Positions 27,341-37,147 of a stretch of DNA of 64,000 nucleotides are shown here, piece after piece. The translations under genes and the position numbers were made by a program. The stretch is from a virus (taxonomy: Duplodnaviria; Heunggongvirae; Uroviricota; Caudoviricetes). Under the pieces are notes generated by a model. That model searched no databases. It saw only the letters and a list, made by a program, of their open reading frames with translations, and was not told where the DNA came from. The stretch is from the IMG/VR virus record IMGVR_UViG_3300049044_000033, positions 286,796-350,795 of that record; one strand, 5' to 3'. How positions within the stretch are numbered: the first letter of the stretch is position 1; each line of letters opens with the position of its first letter.

Positions 27341-27969
27341 TCAACTTTCCCATAAAGATCAGCAATTGTTCCGTCATTTTCAATCAGAGTAGCAGGCTCA
27401 GACAGCCATGCCCACTCAGATACATGAACTGTTGGATAAGCAAATGCCATGTCAGACCTAACTGGCGAATCATCTAAAGCTGTCTTGACCGCGAGATCAA
27501 ACCATTCAGGTTCAGGACCACGCTTTACGCGAAAGAGCAAACCGTCCTTCTGTGTTACGAGCTTACATTCATTGGGAAAGCGACAGTCAGTGATTACAAC
27601 CTTGTCCTTGCCACGCAAACGAGCTTCTAGGCTTTTGATCCACAGATTCCGGTCAAAGTATTCACGCATCACATCAGTGCCGATAACCTGCATGGCTACT
27701 CGAGGAGTGAAGCGACCAAGATATTTAAATGGTGTTTGATCCCATTCCAGCTTGGCTTCCCACCATTCATCAGGCATCTCTCGCCAGGTTCTGGAATCAA
27801 CCGTGTTTCCCTCAAGGAGAGCACGATCCCAACCGAATACTGCTGCGAGTAGATCCTTCAGTGGATTTGCGAAGCTTTCAACGACATAGCCGTGCTCGCG
27901 AACCAAATATTCGCCAACAGTATCTTTGCCCGAACCCTTGAAGCCAAGGATTCCGATAACTTGAACCAT
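27307..27969 (-). CDS. deoxynucleoside monophosphate kinase (T4 gp1-like)
   Basis: GFKGSGKDT P-loop, SFANPLKD, TPRVAMQVIGTD, VITDCRFPNE, HVSEW. Confidence 0.9.
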   Translation of the reverse strand: MVQVIGILGFKGSGKDTVGEYLVREHGYVVESFANPLKDLLAAVFGWDRALLEGNTVDSRTWREMPDEWWEAKLEWDQTPFKYLGRFTPRVAMQVIGTDVMREYFDRNLWIKSLEARLRGKDKVVITDCRFPNECKLVTQKDGLLFRVKRGPEPEWFDLAVKTALDDSPVRSDMAFAYPTVHVSEWAWLSEPATLIENDGTIADLYGKVECLLTNHFSKL

Positions 27970-28025
27970 ATATCACCTGTTATGTTTTTCTTCAACATAA
28001 CAGGTGAGGGATAGGAAGTCAGTAT

Positions 28026-28376
28026 TTAGGGTAAGAAGTCCTTGAGGCGCGCAATTGCCTCACAATGGATAGGGACGATAAACAGCTTCCCGCAGAGGCC
28101 CAAAGGATCTGCTGGTTTCTTGAGCTCTTCGATCATGAGCTCAATATCCGTCGTGGCTACTGATTCCCCGGCTTCTAGCTGCTGAATCATCTTAGCTGTA
28201 TCAAGCTGAACCTGTGGGCGAGGGTGTTGCTTGCTAAAGTCGCGGGTAAATTCCATCTTCCCGTCGATAGGACCCAACCCATCAGTGATCGGGATAGTAT
28301 AGACCCCACCTAGCCGAGAAACCAGCGTAGCGGGGTCATACCATTCCGGAGCCGCGTAGGGATCTACTTCACTCAT
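28026..28376 (-). CDS. hypothetical protein
   Basis: 116-aa ORF in operon. Confidence 0.6.
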   Translation of the reverse strand: MSEVDPYAAPEWYDPATLVSRLGGVYTIPITDGLGPIDGKMEFTRDFSKQHPRPQVQLDTAKMIQQLEAGESVATTDIELMIEELKKPADPLGLCGKLFIVPIHCEAIARLKDFLP

Positions 28377-28854
28377 TCGGGGCCAGACCGAAGCGAGCCA
28401 GCAGAACCGTCAGCTCTGCCTTGTCACCGAAGACATAAGCAGTCGTGACCTCATTGCGGAAGCACATGAAGCCGCCGTTAACCCGAACTGGATCCAGAGT
28501 GTGGATCGTCTTGTCGATCAGAGGCATCAGCTCTGCATCAACAAAATAGGGGTAGGTAGGATCAACGACCAGATCAGCAACGAAGCCCATCTTCTTAGCG
28601 GCCTTAATCACATCCTGGATCGTCGACAGAGGCAGCTGATTGTCCTTACCCAGCGCAATGGTCGTGCCAAAGCCCTTGGCCATCTTGTGCCACTCGATCA
28701 CGTCTTCGGCAGGAGTCTTGCCCTTCTGGAGAGGCTCAACAACCTCACGCCACGTCATCTGATTGCCGGCGTGCATCGCATGAGCATACGCCTTGCCCGG
28801 CCCCAGTGAGGGCATATCGGTCCGAACCAGCAGGTAAGCATAAAGGTCTTTCAA
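28369..28854 (-). CDS. Pth2-like peptidyl-tRNA hydrolase-fold protein
   Basis: YLLVRTDMPSLGPGKAYAHAMHA matches the Pth2 vvRtDl.m..GK.aaq..HA motif; TTG start at 28854 after SD AGGAGG; own TTGACA promoter at 28902-07. Confidence 0.6.
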   Translation of the reverse strand: MKDLYAYLLVRTDMPSLGPGKAYAHAMHAGNQMTWREVVEPLQKGKTPAEDVIEWHKMAKGFGTTIALGKDNQLPLSTIQDVIKAAKKMGFVADLVVDPTYPYFVDAELMPLIDKTIHTLDPVRVNGGFMCFRNEVTTAYVFGDKAELTVLLARFGLAPNE

Positions 28855-28903
28855 TCTGTCCTCCTGTAAAGTTTCCACACCTATAACACAGGATTCCAGC
28901 TTG

Positions 28904-29347
28904 TCAACCGTTGAACTTCTCCAGATAGCGAGAAGCAAACTTTATCGCGTCTTTTCTGTTAGCAAACAGATCCATCATGAGAAAGGCATGCTTGTTATGA
29001 GGTCCTGTGGAGAGATAAAGGTCGCTAACTTCTCCTACAAAGTCTTCCCAAGCCTTAACATCTTGAATAGTTTCCAGCACACCGTCCTTTGTAGAGGTTA
29101 GGTGAAACTCACGAACAGCCCTAATACCGACACCTATACTGCTCTCAGGAGAGCTACAAGTTACGTGATACACTGGTGTATCAACTACACCTAGGATTTG
29201 CTCAGGGAAGATGATAGCACTTCGATAGTCTCGGAGACGAGACTCACGTTCTTTGTAGAACTGTGATAGATGTGGCGAAACTGATAGAATCTTCCACACC
29301 TTATACTTGCGAGTGTGAATCTTTTTAAAGTCTACTGCCTCAGTCAT
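28904..29347 (-). CDS. hypothetical protein
   Basis: Start ATG 29347 overlaps upstream TGA. Confidence 0.6.
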   Translation of the reverse strand: MTEAVDFKKIHTRKYKVWKILSVSPHLSQFYKERESRLRDYRSAIIFPEQILGVVDTPVYHVTCSSPESSIGVGIRAVREFHLTSTKDGVLETIQDVKAWEDFVGEVSDLYLSTGPHNKHAFLMMDLFANRKDAIKFASRYLEKFNG

Positions 29348-30059
29348 CGGAAGAGAATCCAGTAATCTGAATAGTCTTGTTAGCCCAGTCGACATCAGCG
29401 TAGCTGCCGCATTGGTGACCGAATCCATCAGGACCAGAGGTCAATATCCAACCACAGGGGCGCCAGTTTTCAAAGGACAGTCCTTGAGGAATATTCCATC
29501 CCTTGGCTTCTAGATAGCCACGAACGTCTTCATCTTTGAGGTCGAGGATTTCCTGAAACTCAGGATGCTCTGCTGCCATTTGCTCGATCATCTTAGCCTG
29601 GGCCGCATCGTGAGCAGCTTTCAATCGAGCGTCAGCCCATTCTGCCTTCTGCTTCATCCATTCCTGATATTCCGGAAGAGTTTTGATTACGCCGGGCTTA
29701 GGAAGTTCAACAAATACTCGCTTGCGGGATTTCGTCCCCTTACGAATTGTATAGTTCTTGAAGGAAGGCGAGAACGGATAATCAACTAGACTGTATTGAG
29801 ACCACACTGCCCGGCTACAATCAACCTTGGCAGTGATCTCTTCGCCCTCGCTAGTCGTAAGCTTCAGCTCAATCTGATCAAGCTTGAGAGCGTCAAATTC
29901 CTGGAAGACTCGAGCGCGCTCTGCCTGCATAACTGCCGTGCCCTCATGATAGCCATAATAGGCTCGGTAGAGGTCTTCAACAGTAACGGGCATAACGATC
30001 TCCTGCTTTGTTAGTCCCAGCACTTTAGCACCAGGACTATCAAAGTCAAGAGTTATCAT
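29340..30059 (-). CDS. hypothetical protein
   Basis: 239-aa ORF with ATGA overlap on the gp13 stop. Confidence 0.6.
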   Translation of the reverse strand: MITLDFDSPGAKVLGLTKQEIVMPVTVEDLYRAYYGYHEGTAVMQAERARVFQEFDALKLDQIELKLTTSEGEEITAKVDCSRAVWSQYSLVDYPFSPSFKNYTIRKGTKSRKRVFVELPKPGVIKTLPEYQEWMKQKAEWADARLKAAHDAAQAKMIEQMAAEHPEFQEILDLKDEDVRGYLEAKGWNIPQGLSFENWRPCGWILTSGPDGFGHQCGSYADVDWANKTIQITGFSSDD

Positions 30060-30805
30060 CCAATGAGGAAGCCGTATCCGATACTCTGTTCAACAGAATT
30101 GGCAATCTCCTGAAGGAGCGCATCCATCTCCTGCTGACCCTCAGATTTCAAAGCATCGCCGTTTAGGGTCGTACCGCCTTGTGGACCAACAAAGGTACCA
30201 AATCGGGAACGGGCTTCGCCCAACATAACCTTACATTGCGCAGTTGCAAAACGTAGGATCCAAGGACGCGCATAAGTGTCGCCGAGGATCATCTCTTCAG
30301 GGCGGTGATTGTAAATCCAAAGCATGACTGTTTCGACGGCTCTTGGCTGACGAAGGATATCAAGTCGATGCTCGGTAGGGTGCCAATTAAACATGATGTG
30401 AAGACCAAACATCGTGCCCACTAGTTCCTGGAACCCGGTGAACAACTCGTAGGTCACTAGGCTGGGGAGAGATCCAGAACCTCCACCCAAAAGGGTCTGG
30501 TTAGCTACTGCGGCAGAGAATGGATCAAAACCTGAGCCTGAACCTGTAACCAAGCTACCATTACCGTAACGCATGATCTGACGAACTTCGATGACTTCGT
30601 TAGGGAGGATATACTGGTTCTGATCTGGTTGTAGTTCAAGGAAGGTAAAACGCTCTTCCACTGAATTGCTAGAACGTTGGCGATAGGTAGCTAGGGCAAA
30701 ATCAATAGCATCCTCATAGTGGTCATCGGTCAATTCAATATCAACCATACCACCACCAAGACGACGGTAAACCTCACGCTTCAAAAGTTCTCTTTGGGTC
30801 TTCAT
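30056..30805 (-). CDS. gp13: neck protein / head-tail adaptor
   Basis: RRLGGGMVDIELTDDHY, YRQRSSNS, PWILRFATAQCK, LNGDALKSEG; start ATG 30805. Confidence 0.85.
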   Translation of the reverse strand: MKTQRELLKREVYRRLGGGMVDIELTDDHYEDAIDFALATYRQRSSNSVEERFTFLELQPDQNQYILPNEVIEVRQIMRYGNGSLVTGSGSGFDPFSAAVANQTLLGGGSGSLPSLVTYELFTGFQELVGTMFGLHIMFNWHPTEHRLDILRQPRAVETVMLWIYNHRPEEMILGDTYARPWILRFATAQCKVMLGEARSRFGTFVGPQGGTTLNGDALKSEGQQEMDALLQEIANSVEQSIGYGFLIG

Positions 30806-30875
30806 AGGTCCGATCCTCCCATTGTTACACCTATTTACCATAGACTAAATATGATAAAGCTCTGGAGGATCGGAC
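30806..30875. promoter_or_regulatory. back-to-back late promoters with mirror-image RBS
   Basis: TAAATA on both strands (30832-37 minus, 30846-51 plus); GGAGGATCGGAC on both strands (30808-19, 30864-75). Confidence 0.75.
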
Positions 30876-32000
30876 ATGTCAATGATGCAAATGTGGAACC
30901 GTAAAAAGGGTCATGACCACGACTTCATTGATCGACAGGTTCGTGAACAATTCCGAATCGGCGGTTGTGAAGTTCTTTGCCACAAATACCTAGGCGTTCA
31001 CGACCAAGGTGAGACTGGTGATGCTACTAAGCCTAGTGCTGCTAAGTCTAAACTAAAAGGTGTTCGTCAGATTCAAGACTTGTTCTTTCTAGAGAACAGA
31101 GATCGTCACTATGATGAGAATGTCTATGAGCTGCGAGGTGCTTATAACGTTCAGGATTACGAATTCAATATGTCACAGTTCGCATTGTTCCTAGATACTG
31201 ATACACTCTACATGGAATTCCACATCAGTGATACTGTCCAGAAGTTGGGCAGAACTATTATGAGTGGAGACGTATTAGAGTTTCCACATCTACGTGATGA
31301 CATGTTGCTGGAAGAGGATGCTCCTGCGGTTAACAAGTTCTACGTAGTTCAAGATGTTAGCCGTGCTGCTGGCGGTTGGGCACAGAACTGGCGTCCTTAC
31401 CTCTTCCGAGTAAAGATGAAGCCACTCACTGATAGTCAGGAATATAAGGATATTCTTGAGAAAGCCGCTATCGGCCCTGATGGTGAAGATAGCGGGTTTA
31501 ATATTCGAGATCTAATTGGCGACTTCCGAGATGTTATCGGTATTTCGGATGCTATCGTGGAGCAAGCAGAAGCAGACGTTCCATACCGAAACTTTGAGAC
31601 AGCTCACTTCTATGTTGTGCCCGGTGATGAAATGGGCAAACAGTATCCATGGATTTTTGCCGGTGACGGTAAGCCACCTAACGGCGCAGAGCTAGCAGGC
31701 ACTGGTACTAGTTTCCCAGACCAACCAACTGATGGTGATTGGTTCCTTCACACTGGTATGGAGCCACATGTCTTGTTCCAGTTTGTCGGCAACGTAGAAC
31801 TCGACCCATTCGGTGATCCTCAGCCAGCAAGTGGTGGATCCTGGCAGCGTCGAGAAGTTGATCTTCGTAAGAAGTGGAGTGCTGCTCATAGGATTCTACA
31901 GAGCCACATTAACAACGATAACAAAGCAATTATTGGCGGGGAAGAAGTCAAGGAAAAGCAGATGCTTTCCAAGGCCATTAAGCCGCGCGCAGACTTCTAA
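30876..32000 (+). CDS. gp14: neck / head closure protein
   Basis: IQDLFFLENRDRHYD, FNMSQFALF, IMSGDVLEFPH, VVQDVSR. Confidence 0.8.
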   Translation: MSMMQMWNRKKGHDHDFIDRQVREQFRIGGCEVLCHKYLGVHDQGETGDATKPSAAKSKLKGVRQIQDLFFLENRDRHYDENVYELRGAYNVQDYEFNMSQFALFLDTDTLYMEFHISDTVQKLGRTIMSGDVLEFPHLRDDMLLEEDAPAVNKFYVVQDVSRAAGGWAQNWRPYLFRVKMKPLTDSQEYKDILEKAAIGPDGEDSGFNIRDLIGDFRDVIGISDAIVEQAEADVPYRNFETAHFYVVPGDEMGKQYPWIFAGDGKPPNGAELAGTGTSFPDQPTDGDWFLHTGMEPHVLFQFVGNVELDPFGDPQPASGGSWQRREVDLRKKWSAAHRILQSHINNDNKAIIGGEEVKEKQMLSKAIKPRADF

Positions 32001-32009
32001 GGAGGGGAT

Positions 32010-32438
32010 ATGAAGATCGGAGCAAAGGGTATTGCGCTCATCAAACAATTTGAGGGTTTTAAGAACTCTGCCTACCTTGATACTGGAGGAGTGCCAACCA
32101 TTGGTTATGGTACTACCAAGGGCGTTAAGATGGGACAGATCATCACAGAAAGCAAGGCCGAAGAATACCTCAAAAGAGATGTATCATCGGCCGAAGTAAC
32201 CGTTAACAAGAGCGTTAAAGTGCCTCTAACTCAGAATCAGTTCGATGCACTTGTCTGCTTTGTCTACAATGTAGGTTCGGGCAACTTTAACTCTTCTACT
32301 CTTTTGAAGCTTTTGAATGCTGGCAAGTATGATCAGGTAGATGACCAGCTGCTTCGCTGGAACAAGGATAATGGTAAGGTAATCGCAGGCCTCACCCGTC
32401 GTCGTCAAGCTGAGGGCGTTCTTTTTAATACAAAGTGA
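32010..32438 (+). CDS. GH24 lysozyme / endolysin
   Basis: E-x8-D-x5-T triad FEGFKNSAYLDTGGVPTIGYG; QNQFDALVCFVYNVG; GLTRRRQAE. Confidence 0.93.
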   Translation: MKIGAKGIALIKQFEGFKNSAYLDTGGVPTIGYGTTKGVKMGQIITESKAEEYLKRDVSSAEVTVNKSVKVPLTQNQFDALVCFVYNVGSGNFNSSTLLKLLNAGKYDQVDDQLLRWNKDNGKVIAGLTRRRQAEGVLFNTK

Positions 32439-32446
32439 GATAAGAC

Positions 32447-33883
32447 ATGGCCTTAGACTATTGGTATGATGGACAGATGCGCCGTTACTGGCTACAGTTC
32501 TGTCGAATCTTTGAGGGTTTTCAATACGAAAGCGGTGTTGGCGCTAATGGCATTAAAACTTTGCGCACGTTCCCTGTTGGTCTAGCAGGTAAGAACCGTC
32601 AAGTTGGTCACATTCTGAGAAATGGTAGTGAAAACACTATCATGTCAACACCTCGCATCACTTGCGAAATGGTTGATATGCAGATGGCCCCTGAGCGTCG
32701 ACAGAACCCTAATCATGTGAGTTCAGTTCAGGTGTTTGAACGAGCAATTGATCCTGAGACTAACCAATATACCAACCAACTAGGTAATACCTATACGGTT
32801 GAGAGGTTTATGGGTATTCCGTTTGAAATGACCATGAGGGTTAATATCTGGACTTCTAACGAAGATCAAAAGCATCAGTTCATGGAACAGGTTCTAGTGC
32901 TATTCAATCCAGCTCTCGATATCCAGACTGGCGACAATCCTATCGACTGGACATCATTAACTTATGTGGAACTCGATGGAATCACATGGACGAATCGAGA
33001 ACTTCCAATCGGCACAGATGAAGATATTGAGATTTCAAGCCTAACCTTTAAGATGCCAGTTTGGCTGTCTCCGCCAGCTAAGGTCAAGAAACAGAATATC
33101 ATTAACCACATTATCACTAACATTGGTACAATGAGTGATTTAGATGAACAAATTGGCGGACAAGTAAATTACAACTTCTCTTCTAAGGATCTTCATACCC
33201 GAGTGATTGTATCTCCCGGAAATCATCAGGCTAGAATGGAAGTTAATCGTATTCCTGATCCATCAAACCCTTCAGCTTACATCACGCAATTTGAAGCTAT
33301 TCTTCTAAGCCAAGAAGGGCTGTTAACTAAACCACATTCTAATGAACATTATAGTTGGAGAGAGTTGCTTAACTCATATGGTCAGTATCGAAAGGGTGTA
33401 AGTCAATTCCGTCTCAAGACCACCGATGATATGGATGATCATGATTCAGACATTATCGGAATCTTCGACTTCCATCCAACCGAAGATAATAGGCTGTTGT
33501 GGACTCCTGATATGGACACCATTCCACGTAACACTCTTCAGCCTATTAGTGGTGTGATCGACTTGGATAATCCAGTAGGTGATCAACAAGTTGCCCGTTA
33601 TCCAGGTGATGGAATTCTACCAGAAGCCGTAGAAGGTCAAAGGTATCTTCTCGCAAGCCGCTTACCCGAAACACCTCTTTGGTCAAATCTTGTTGCTGAC
33701 GTCAATGACATCATCGAATTCAAAGATGGTGCTTGGACAATTAGCTTTGATGCTAGCACCAAAACTGATGGTGAGATACTCCTCAATACCAGGTCGGGCA
33801 AACAGTTGCGCTGGACTGGGGAGATTTGGGTAGACGCTATATCGGGCGACTATATGCCAGGTTATTGGAGAGTCTTCATGTAA
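32447..33883 (+). CDS. gp15: tail terminator / sheath stabiliser
   Basis: YWYDGQMRRY..QF..IF, PFEMTMRVNIWT, EQVLVLFNP, FKMPVWLSPP. Confidence 0.8.
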   Translation: MALDYWYDGQMRRYWLQFCRIFEGFQYESGVGANGIKTLRTFPVGLAGKNRQVGHILRNGSENTIMSTPRITCEMVDMQMAPERRQNPNHVSSVQVFERAIDPETNQYTNQLGNTYTVERFMGIPFEMTMRVNIWTSNEDQKHQFMEQVLVLFNPALDIQTGDNPIDWTSLTYVELDGITWTNRELPIGTDEDIEISSLTFKMPVWLSPPAKVKKQNIINHIITNIGTMSDLDEQIGGQVNYNFSSKDLHTRVIVSPGNHQARMEVNRIPDPSNPSAYITQFEAILLSQEGLLTKPHSNEHYSWRELLNSYGQYRKGVSQFRLKTTDDMDDHDSDIIGIFDFHPTEDNRLLWTPDMDTIPRNTLQPISGVIDLDNPVGDQQVARYPGDGILPEAVEGQRYLLASRLPETPLWSNLVADVNDIIEFKDGAWTISFDASTKTDGEILLNTRSGKQLRWTGEIWVDAISGDYMPGYWRVFM

Positions 33884-33890
33884 GATCCTC

Positions 33891-33986
33891 CAGGATAGAG
33901 GCACACTTGTAACTAAGACGCTAATCCAGAGGTACCCGGCAGTCCGGTCAAGTATCTGGTGTAACGTTTTTGTGTGCCTCTATCTG
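33891..33986. repeat. long rod-like inverted repeat
   Basis: GATAGAGGCACAC(33894-906)/GTGTGCCTCTATC(33972-84) enclosing CCAGA/TCTGG and CCGG/CCGG stems. Confidence 0.7.
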
Positions 33987-34163
33987 CTCAATATGCCACT
34001 TCGTCGAATGCTCCGCTGAGCAAAAATCAAGCCGCACTTCTGTGAACTTATTGATCTTTGGATCTGCCCAATAGAGGCCATTCCCGCTCTCACTCTTGAG
34101 ATAGTTGGAATTTTCCAAAGCCATCCCACAAACAACACACCTAATTCCCGTGAGGTTAAACAC
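33948..34163 (-). CDS. small putative zinc-binding protein (TRASH/MYM-like)
   Basis: CVVC...FCSAEH; weak RBS. Confidence 0.4.
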   Translation of the reverse strand: MFNLTGIRCVVCGMALENSNYLKSESGNGLYWADPKINKFTEVRLDFCSAEHSTKWHIEQIEAHKNVTPDT

Positions 34164-34230
34164 CTAAATACCTTTATTGACTAAATCTCTTCTACCCCTT
34201 TACAGGTTAGCAGGAGAAAGGTCAAGGGTT

Positions 34231-34620
34231 ATGCAGGACAGCGTAGAAACTAAGGTTGTTTGTCGATTCATCGACGAGGATAAAGATGTATGCTGTATCA
34301 GCTATGTCTATCGCACCGCATGCGGTGATCTAGAATTTTCAACTTCCTACGGCATTGAAGAAGCTATGGATCTGAGCGAATTCTCTGAAGAGGAGCAGTA
34401 TGATCTCTTCATGCGGTTCCAAGAGCAGAATAGCGATTATGATTGTGAATTCATCAAGCTCACGGTCACGACTAAAGTAGAGAACATGATGGAAGGCAAT
34501 GATACCCTCAAGGAACTGCGCCAAAAACATGCCCTTTCCAAACTAACAGAGCGAGAGGTCAAAGTTCTAGGACTTAGCAGCATCGCGACCTACATCAAAA
34601 CCAAATACCATAACGCTTGA
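34231..34620 (+). CDS. hypothetical protein
   Basis: Likely start ATG 34231; C-terminal ELRQKHALSKLTEREVKVLGL. Confidence 0.6.
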   Translation: MQDSVETKVVCRFIDEDKDVCCISYVYRTACGDLEFSTSYGIEEAMDLSEFSEEEQYDLFMRFQEQNSDYDCEFIKLTVTTKVENMMEGNDTLKELRQKHALSKLTEREVKVLGLSSIATYIKTKYHNA

Positions 34621-34621
34621 G

Positions 34622-35248
34622 TTGGATCCTATGGACAAGACTATTGTTTACAAAGTGAAGAACCTTAAGACTGGTAGGTTTCTAACGAAGAGTTGCTGCT
34701 GGCATAAAAGTGGTGCCACTTGGGATTCAATCGGTAAGATTAAGGCAACCCTCGGTAATATGGGTTATTGGTCTGGCTGGAATTCAGAAACTAATTTCGA
34801 TGAGGATGTAAAGATCATCGAAATTGAGGTAGTCCACCACGAAGGCAACACTTCGAATCTGTCCGAGCTCGTCGAGCGAGAGCGACGTTACCGAGCTCTT
34901 GGTAAAGAGTATGGAAGCAACTTCCAGACTCTCGTTGAACGTATTGAAGCGCAAGGTCAGAACGAGCAGTTCCAGTGGGTCTTGGTTGCTAAGAGCACCT
35001 ATGATTACGATAATGATTGCCATGTTGGTCCTTTCGCAGAAATGCTTGAAGCTATCAAGGAATTGAAGCTCAAGCAAAATAAGGATTTCAAGAAGGCTAG
35101 CTCTTACTACAGTGGTGGGTGTGTGGCATTCTCGAGTAAATCAACCGCAATGGCAGTTCGTCTGAGGATGAGCGGTCAATGTACCAGCATTGACATCAAG
35201 AAATATGTAGAAACAAATCTTGACGAGGACGACGATCCTAACGTATAA
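34622..35248 (+). CDS. hypothetical protein, paralogue of 44824-45411
   Basis: YKVKNLKTGRF...GATW and FSSKSTAMAVRL. Confidence 0.65.
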   Translation: MDPMDKTIVYKVKNLKTGRFLTKSCCWHKSGATWDSIGKIKATLGNMGYWSGWNSETNFDEDVKIIEIEVVHHEGNTSNLSELVERERRYRALGKEYGSNFQTLVERIEAQGQNEQFQWVLVAKSTYDYDNDCHVGPFAEMLEAIKELKLKQNKDFKKASSYYSGGCVAFSSKSTAMAVRLRMSGQCTSIDIKKYVETNLDEDDDPNV

Positions 35249-35323
35249 GTAACAACATAGCAGACGTGGATCGCAAGGTCGCACCGAAGCCTAACCATAA
35301 AATCCTATCGAAAGGTAAGGTGC

Positions 35324-37144
35324 GTGATGAGTCAGTATAAGTTCGCTGTCGTTCAATTCAATCCCATCGTAGGTGACCTTGAAGGCAATTTCCAAGGTCA
35401 TATTCAACACATCGAAGAAGCAGTAGCAGCCGGGGCAGACATGGTTGTCTTCCCTGAGATGTCTTTGACCGGCTACCCCTTGGAAGATCTTGTTCTCCGG
35501 CATTCGTTTATCGAAGCTGTTGAGGAACAGACTCAGAGGCTCATTGATGAAATTAAAACCCGGTGGCCAAACATCGGCGTAGTCTTCGGGGCACCTCGTT
35601 TCCGTGCTGGGCGTCAAACCATCTACAATAGTGCTTTCTTAGTTCACGGTGCTGCCGAAGGCGAATGGACTCGACTCCAAGTCGTCGACAAGCATGAACT
35701 TCCCAACTACGGGGTGTTTGACGAGAAGCGTGTATTTGCCCAAGGCGGCGAACCCTATCCCGTTACATTCAAGGGTCATCAAATCGGCCTTCTGATCTGC
35801 GAAGATACGTGGTTCCCCACTGTATCGCGCACCCTTCACGAAAACGGAGCAGTAATGCTGCTCAGCATCAACGGCTCGCCCTATGAAATGGGCAAGAACG
35901 TAGTGCGTCGGAAGGTCGTCGCAAATCGTATCAAGGAAACTGGCCTGCCGCTGATGTATGTCAATATGGTCGGCGGACAGGATGAACTCGTGTTTGATGG
36001 TGGTTCGTTCTACTGGGATGGGCAGACTTTGCAAGAAGCACCTGCATTCAAGGCCGGCATCTTTTACATGGATGTCACGCTCGATAAGGCAACCAGCTAC
36101 GTCAACAGGGACGGGCGTGTCGTTGGTCGAGTTCGGGACGATGGAACTTTTTCGGGATGGAACGGCGACACTGACGCTATTACTCTCGAGGGCTATCCGG
36201 AAGTAGAACCTTCGGGAATCAAGGAAGTCTACCAGGCTATTCATATGGGCCTCAAAGACTACATGACGAAGCAGAAGAACGCCCGTAGTGTTCCTGTATT
36301 CGGCCGGGCAGTCCTGGGTTATTCGGGCGGTGTGGATTCGGGTATCGTGGCCGCAGTAGCATGTGATGCGCTTGGCCCGGAAAATGTCCACCTCGTTCGT
36401 TTGCCTTCGAAGTATTCGTCGGAAGGTTCGCTTACTGACGCAGAAGATGGTGCCATGAGGCTTGGAGCGCCAATGCGGACTATTCACATTGAACCGATAG
36501 TCGATGCGCTTCGTCAGGCTTATTGGGGAGCCCAGGGTGGATGTAATTTCTACACCTATCGCAATAGCGAGCTAACTGGTGTCGCGGATGAAAACATTCA
36601 GGCACGTGCTCGTGGCAATATCCTGATGGCGATCTCGAACCAGGAAGGCCATATGTTGCTGACCACTGGCAACAAGTCGGAAGTCAGCGTTGGGTATTCG
36701 ACCCTCTATGGCGACATGAGCGGCGGCTACAATCCCATCAAGGACGCATATAAGACCACTGTGTGGGATCTGTGTCGTTGGAGGAATGCTCTCACGCAGG
36801 AAGAACTCAATGAACTGGGCTTCCTTGGTCGTGCTACCGAAGTTGTGCCCGAAGCAATCATCAGCAAGCCACCGAGCGCAGAGCTTCGTCCGGATCAAAA
36901 GGACGAGGATAGCCTCCCTCCCTACCCAGTTCTCGATGCTTTGCTCAAGGGTATGATTGAGCTGGAGAAGAGTGTTGAAGACCTTGTCAACGAAGGCTTC
37001 GATCGTGAGCAGGTCACCAGAGTTAGGAATCTGGTTGACAATGCAGAATATAAGCGTAGACAGGCAGCACCGGGTGTCAAGCTTACGAGCAAGATTCACG
37101 GGCGTGATCGGCGCTACCCGATTGTGAATGCTTGGAGGGCTTAA
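35324..37144 (+). CDS. nadE: glutamine-dependent NAD+ synthetase
   Basis: Nitrilase triad FPEM / DKHELPNY / ICEDTW; synthetase SGGVDS, NIQARARG, TGNKSE, YSTLYGD, PSAELRPDQKD. Confidence 0.96.
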   Translation: MMSQYKFAVVQFNPIVGDLEGNFQGHIQHIEEAVAAGADMVVFPEMSLTGYPLEDLVLRHSFIEAVEEQTQRLIDEIKTRWPNIGVVFGAPRFRAGRQTIYNSAFLVHGAAEGEWTRLQVVDKHELPNYGVFDEKRVFAQGGEPYPVTFKGHQIGLLICEDTWFPTVSRTLHENGAVMLLSINGSPYEMGKNVVRRKVVANRIKETGLPLMYVNMVGGQDELVFDGGSFYWDGQTLQEAPAFKAGIFYMDVTLDKATSYVNRDGRVVGRVRDDGTFSGWNGDTDAITLEGYPEVEPSGIKEVYQAIHMGLKDYMTKQKNARSVPVFGRAVLGYSGGVDSGIVAAVACDALGPENVHLVRLPSKYSSEGSLTDAEDGAMRLGAPMRTIHIEPIVDALRQAYWGAQGGCNFYTYRNSELTGVADENIQARARGNILMAISNQEGHMLLTTGNKSEVSVGYSTLYGDMSGGYNPIKDAYKTTVWDLCRWRNALTQEELNELGFLGRATEVVPEAIISKPPSAELRPDQKDEDSLPPYPVLDALLKGMIELEKSVEDLVNEGFDREQVTRVRNLVDNAEYKRRQAAPGVKLTSKIHGRDRRYPIVNAWRA

Positions 37145-37147
37145 ACG

